The notes beneath the pieces were generated by a model, which saw only the letters and a program-made list of their open reading frames with translations, was not told the origin of the DNA and searched no databases. A program made the translations under genes and the position numbers. Source: Eutreptiella sp. 'Long Island Sound 2002' (Eukaryota; Protista; Euglenida). From it: 64,000 nt of DNA. The number at the start of each line of letters is the position of its first letter. Position 1 is the first letter of the stretch. Positions 58,960 through 64,000 of the stretch are shown piece by piece. The stretch is from positions 55,180,001-55,244,000 of the forward strand of contig OZ038379.1 of assembly GCA_964036045.1 (NCBI GenBank), written 5' to 3'.

Positions 58960-61247
58960 CCTCGGCAACGCTGAACCGACGAGTTGCTGGCCGACTTGAT
59001 CCGCCAACGCTTGCCCTAGCCCGAGCCCAAGAGCAAACAGTGGCCCAAGCCCAAGACCCAACCCCAAGCCCAACTTCCTCCTCCTCCATTGCTGTCCCCT
59101 CACCCTCGCCCTGCCAAGAAGTCGGCCAAGACGCCTAAGGCGGAGGTGGTGGTGGAGGAGGTAGAGGACGGGGACGGGGACGAACTAGAGGGCATGCGTG
59201 GGGAGGTTCAAAGGCTCTCCAGTTTGCTTGGCACGCAGCGGGCGGCGACGGCAAGGGAGTAGGCGGAGGTGTGGGGGTGGGAGGACAACGTGGAGGGTTG
59301 CGGGCCGAGTGGGAGGGGGAGCGTGAGGGTTGGGCCGCCGCCAACCTCGAGAAGGCGCAGCAGAAGGTGCGGGACAGGCAGGACAATGTGCGGCAGTCAG
59401 AGAGGAGCGTCAAGCGGTTGGGGGATTGGGTGGCCCGGGAGGCGAAGGTGAAGGAGGACGTGGAGGAGAAGGTGGTTGAGGAGAAGGTAAGTGGGGGGGG
59501 GGGGGTTTGCTTCAAGGGAGCTGGGTGTGGGCAGATGAGGGGCAGATCAGCGGCGGGTTGTTGTGGGGGGTGGCAGGGGAATGTTGGTGGCAACCGGAAA
59601 CGCCTGGGAGGAAGAGGGGGCAAGCGACCCCCCCTTCCGACAAGGGGGTGAAGATGTTTGAATTGGCCCAATTCAACGTCTTCACCCCCAACGTCAGAAA
59701 AGGCGGGGATTGGCAGTGGCGACTCATCGCCATGTGTTGGCAGGCGATGGGACTGGGGGGTATGGAGAGTTTTGGGAGGACATGGGAGTGGTCCCCGGCT
59801 TGGTTGGAGATCATGGGGATTGGGGGCTTCGACCTGTCGGCCGCCAACCGGGGAGCGTATGCCGGATTGGTGCACAACATCGCCTCCCGCCCCAAGTCCA
59901 AGTCCAGGACCCGCACAGCCCCCCCAGTTGGGGGACCCCCGCAGCCGCATCCCCTTCACCCCCGGGATGCCTACACCAAGGGCCTGATGGCCATGTCCCC
60001 CACTCTCGCCATGCAAGGCACGGTAGGCTGAGTGCGATCTGGCGTTGATCTAGGGAAGCGTTGTAGCGTTTATCTAGTCAAACGGCCACTGCCATCGCTC
60101 GAAAGTCGCTAGAACGTCGCTAGAACATTTACCTAGAACATCCTTAGAAGAAGGGTGCCTCTTTTTTCTCTTCTCAAGTCCACAGCCCGCAATCGTGTGC
60201 AGCCAACCCACGCGGGGTTCGAATGCAGTGTCGCGATGGGGCGGGCCGGACATACCTCATGGGGGTCCCGATTTGGACCCGATGTTGGTGAATAACCCAG
60301 CTTGGCCCTCTCGGTGCAGTACGAGTTGGGTAAGTGGGAGGCGGGAAGGAGCGGGCGCGGGGCATGGAGGGTTGTGTGAATGTGGGGAAGGAGGGGAGAG
60401 CCGCCGCCGCCGTAGCAGTAGCAACACCACCAACACCGGCACCAGCAGCCGGGCGAGGACACCCCGCCCCAAGGCCCCCAAGCCCCCCCCCCCCCCCAAG
60501 GCCCCCATGAAACCCCCGGAGCCCCGCCACCTCGAGAGTAGCAAGGAAGAAGCCCCCCCCCCCGCACCCCACGCCAAGCCCAAGGCCAAGGCCAACCCCC
60601 CCCCCCCCCAGCCCCAGCCCCCCCCCTGGAGAACAGGGGCCGGGACCACGATGGAAACGAGTCGGGTGTGGGGGACACCCGGTATGTCCCTCGGGCGCAG
60701 GTGGGCAATGGGGGGACCGTCAGCCAAGTGACAGTGTTGGGGGTTCGGGATGAGGAGCTAGACCCGGGGGATTGGTGGATGGTGTCTCACGGGTCCAACG
60801 GGGAGGGGAGGGAGAAGGGGAAGAAGGGGAAGACGAGGAAGCCGGAGAGAGAGGGGGGCACCTTCCGGGTGCCGGGCGAGCTCCTCTTCCGTACCCGCGA
60901 GGAGGCGGAGGCTCTCCTACAGGAGGCTTTGAAGGAGGCGGACGAGGGCGATGACGGGGATGACGGAGACGACGAGGGGAACCAGGGTGAAGACAAGGGG
61001 GAGCGGGGCGACAAGGGGTGTGAGGAGGGGAGTGACAAGGGGGGTGACAAGGAAGGGGACACGGCGGCTGAGAAGGGGGGTGCCGGGAGAAAGGATGCCC
61101 CCGCCCCCCACAACACTCCACCACGGAGGACTGGCTGCGTGTCGCGACTCGCGAGAGGTGGAATTGGGGCCAGGGGGGCTAATTAGGCTAACGGTCCCAA
61201 TCGGGCTAACCCACCACCAAGTGACCCGGCGCCGGCCTGCAAATTGA
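58960..61247 (+). pseudogene. Downstream coding block of the TIR element, copy 2 (includes an extra coiled-coil segment)
   Basis: EKAQQKVRDRQDNVRQSERSVKRL (59350-59420), GVKMFELAQFN..WRLIAMCWQA, DEELDPGDWWMVS, FRVPGELLFRTREEAEALL; probable intron from 60023 to ~60185. Confidence 0.65.
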
Positions 61248-64000
61248 CCTTGCAAGTGCCCTATGGGATGTAGTGGGGGCCTAACCGGGCTAAGCGGGGG
61301 GGGGGGGGACCAGGCGCTCCGTGAGTCGGTTCGAGGATTGTGATCTGTCGATTGGCCACGGCTGGCCATGGTAGCCGGGGTAGCCTCTCTTTGAGGAGTG
61401 GCGGTGCATTTAGATATATCGGTCTAGCGACGTTCTAGCGAAGCGTCCTAGCGGCGTTCCAGCGACGTCCTAGCGGCGCTCGCCGGAACGTCGCTAGAAC
61501 GCCACTAAAACAAAAAAAAATTGTGACTCCAAATTCAGTTGAAAAAAGTGAATTTATTTTAAAAAACCATGGGCCCCGAGTACGTATAGGGGGGTTCAGG
61601 TGACAAACCTACAGGTACCCACCACGTACCCCCACGGGGGGGGGGGTGCGTAACCACAAATTTTTTCCGTTCTAGCCTTCTAGCACCATCTAGACTAGAA
61701 CGAGATTGGGTCTTCTAGGGTGTACCAAGGGGCCGTTGAATTCGGGCACCCAGGGGATCGGGGGCTCGGGTAGGTGTGGATGAGCATGACAAGCTCGGAG
61801 GCTGTGCCCAGTGTGGTTCGTGACATCTGGTGGCGCCACACGGGTCTGAGCTCGGTAGCCTTTGCCATCGCGCATGTGGACGTGTCGTCGTGCCAATGCA
61901 CAACGCCCAAGCTCAGTAAAGGTCCCCCCAGAACCACATCTAGTGCAGGGTGTCTTGCCGGCCGCGGCCTACCGTGAAGATATGTAGGCGGTCGATGCGT
62001 CTGTCAAGCAGTGAACCGGCGTAACCTTCTTACGGGCATTAGCAGTGGCTGCGACCCCCCCCCCCCCCTGTCTCCCCCCCCTTTGGTCCTACCGCTGGTC
62101 CCGTAGCCGCGGCAGCCCACAAAACGGGGTGCCGGTGCACCGTAATTGGAATCCTTTTATCCAGTGTGGACTCCGGTGCACGTGCCACTAGTTGCAATGG
62201 CCCCCCTACTCACTTCCCACCCAGTCCCCACTTCCCTTCTCCTTGCGTGCGGCGGCCTCCCCCAATGTGGGTGTTGATGCCGAGATGGCATCGCTTGCAG
62301 CGCAACGCTGCATGCTTGGGATAGCAAGCACGATCCTTGTGACAGTGAGCTGCTGCCATCTGCGATACGATGGTGGCATAGCTCGCACTTCCAAGATTGT
62401 CATTTCTGCCATTGTGCACCGGGGGTTCCAATACTTTTGGTGCTATGCGGCATTGTCCACCACGTTTCTGCAGGGTGAAATGCGTGCCCTGGTGCCCGTC
62501 ATTTTGCCCGCAGGGCATGTACTAGTGGTTTTGTGTTACCATTGCTAAGACGGCATGCTAGTCATAGTAGTCACCCCGCCCCCAAAAGCACGCTAGGATA
62601 GCGGCCAACAACAACGGGAAGAAGTCCAAAGTATGGTTGGCGATTGTAGCAGCCCACGCAAGGCCAGTGGCCCTAGCAGGGGCGGGGTTTGCTAGGCCCC
62701 TCACATCGGCCCTAGCGTTTTCGGCGCCACTGACTTGCCTTCCGCTAGCTATGGGCTGTGAGGGCCGCCTCCCGTTGTTGGCGTGGCCAATCGCTACATA
62801 GCGGCTCACGCATTGCTTACACTGCTAGCCACCCTTGCGCGCCTTTGGGCCCCCTCTACCGTCGGCTTCCGCGCCCACACAGCGCTTCGAGGGCGCACCG
62901 CCATTATCTCAAGCTCCCGACACAGGACACCTTGGGTCGGTAGACTTTTGTCGCACGACTCCTTGTACAGCGGCTCATGCTCAATGTACCGGGGGAATCG
63001 ATCCGGCGATCCTACGACAAATCGGCCAATTTTTTCTGAGATGCGGATCGCCAGCTAAATACCGTAGCAGGCACGGCAGTGCCTAGCTCCGCCGCGGGCA
63101 CGTGCTTGCAATGAGTGGTGTTGTACGTTGCCCCCCATTGCCAATAGCGTCCCGGTGCCTAGCATGTTGTGGCACAGACTCGTTGCCCGCTACCGTTGCG
63201 GCTTGCAGCTTGTATCACGTGGCCTTTCAACAAGTGCTCGGACACCCGGCCACTGAGCTCCTCGACCACCGGCTACGGCCCCGCTTGTGCGACCGCCGCC
63301 CTACAACTTGTATAGTGCTCCTCTTGCCGTCTCCGTGCAGAGCTGTTCTAGCTGCCTTTGTTGGCAAACCAAGTGTGGCTCTATGTGTGGAGGGGGGTGG
63401 CCTCTTGCCCCTTGCACCATGCGGCATAGGGCTCTCATACGACCGCGGTTACCATGGAGTGCTGTGGGCTCCCTCAACGGACGGCCAACAGTGGGTCGCA
63501 CCGTATCTTTTGGCGCATTGGCCAGCTGTGGGTTACTACGGATTGCATGAGTGTGCGCCGCGGTGGCCCCATTTATACCACAGCCCGTGTGCCGACCTGC
63601 TTTGCCACCACTTGCAAGCCTTGACACCGGGAACGAGCGCTTAGTTAAGCCGGTGCTTGGCAAAGCTTACAGCGGGCAGCGTGATTGGTGCTCTACCGCT
63701 AGGCTGCATGAAGGGCCTTAGATGTCAGGCGGCCACCACCAACGTGGTCATCCTAGAGGAATGTGAATTGTGGAAGATACCCTTTGAGGTGGACTCGTTG
63801 CAGCACTTGCGGCACGGGTTGCCCAACACGGAATCCCTCCCGGTGACTACAATCAATTGCTTGGCCTTGGGTATGGATCCGTGCAAGATGCCTCGCTTAA
63901 TTGCCCACCTGGAGTGCGCAGAGGCCGACATTGTCCACTTCCAACGGCTTGGCCAAGTGTTGGCCCCGCCTTGGATGCGTGGTCTGCAGTGCATTATGGA

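Larger units (their letters stand above)
56880..61731 (+). mobile_element. TIR DNA transposon, copy 2 (same family as 17630-22076)
   Basis: 37-bp inverted termini CCCTTGGTACACGCTAGAAGACCCGATTTCGTTCTAG (3 mismatches); flanks GA and GC; internally collinear with copy 1. Confidence 0.92.

Noticed and set aside
59487-59516. 30-nt GTAAGT..AG intron in transposon copy 2
   Set aside because: Splicing at this AG does not lead into the conserved GVKMFE frame, so the boundary is unsupported.

Overview
GC-rich eukaryotic repeat DNA made almost entirely of nested transposons, satellites and microsatellites; I could not support any host gene with confidence. The TTAGGG-type repeats and GT-AG introns fit a protist nuclear genome, but the organism cannot be determined from this window. 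Main components: (1) two diverged copies (17630-22076 and 56880-61731) of a 4.4-4.9 kb DNA transposon with ~40-bp CCC(T)TGGTACAC termini, encoding an intron-containing DDE transposase whose motif layout resembles RAG1/Transib/CMC, plus a conserved downstream coding block of unknown function and repeated GTTCTAGC/GCTAGAAC fold-back modules; (2) a TG..CA LTR-like element lacking pol (3970-10862) that holds coiled-coil ORF remnants and tRNA-derived cassettes; (3) an APE-RT LINE interrupted by transposon copy 1, and an RNase H remnant on the minus strand near copy 2; (4) satellites of ~91, 41, 41 and ~29 bp, pentamer microsatellites, interstitial telomere-like repeats, and a 5.5-kb tract of 16-22-bp palindromes in pairs 68-70 bp apart. 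Repeat copies show frequent CAG>TAG and CTG>CTA changes, suggesting CWG methylation or RIP-like decay. All protein-family calls come from reading motifs by eye; no database search was run.
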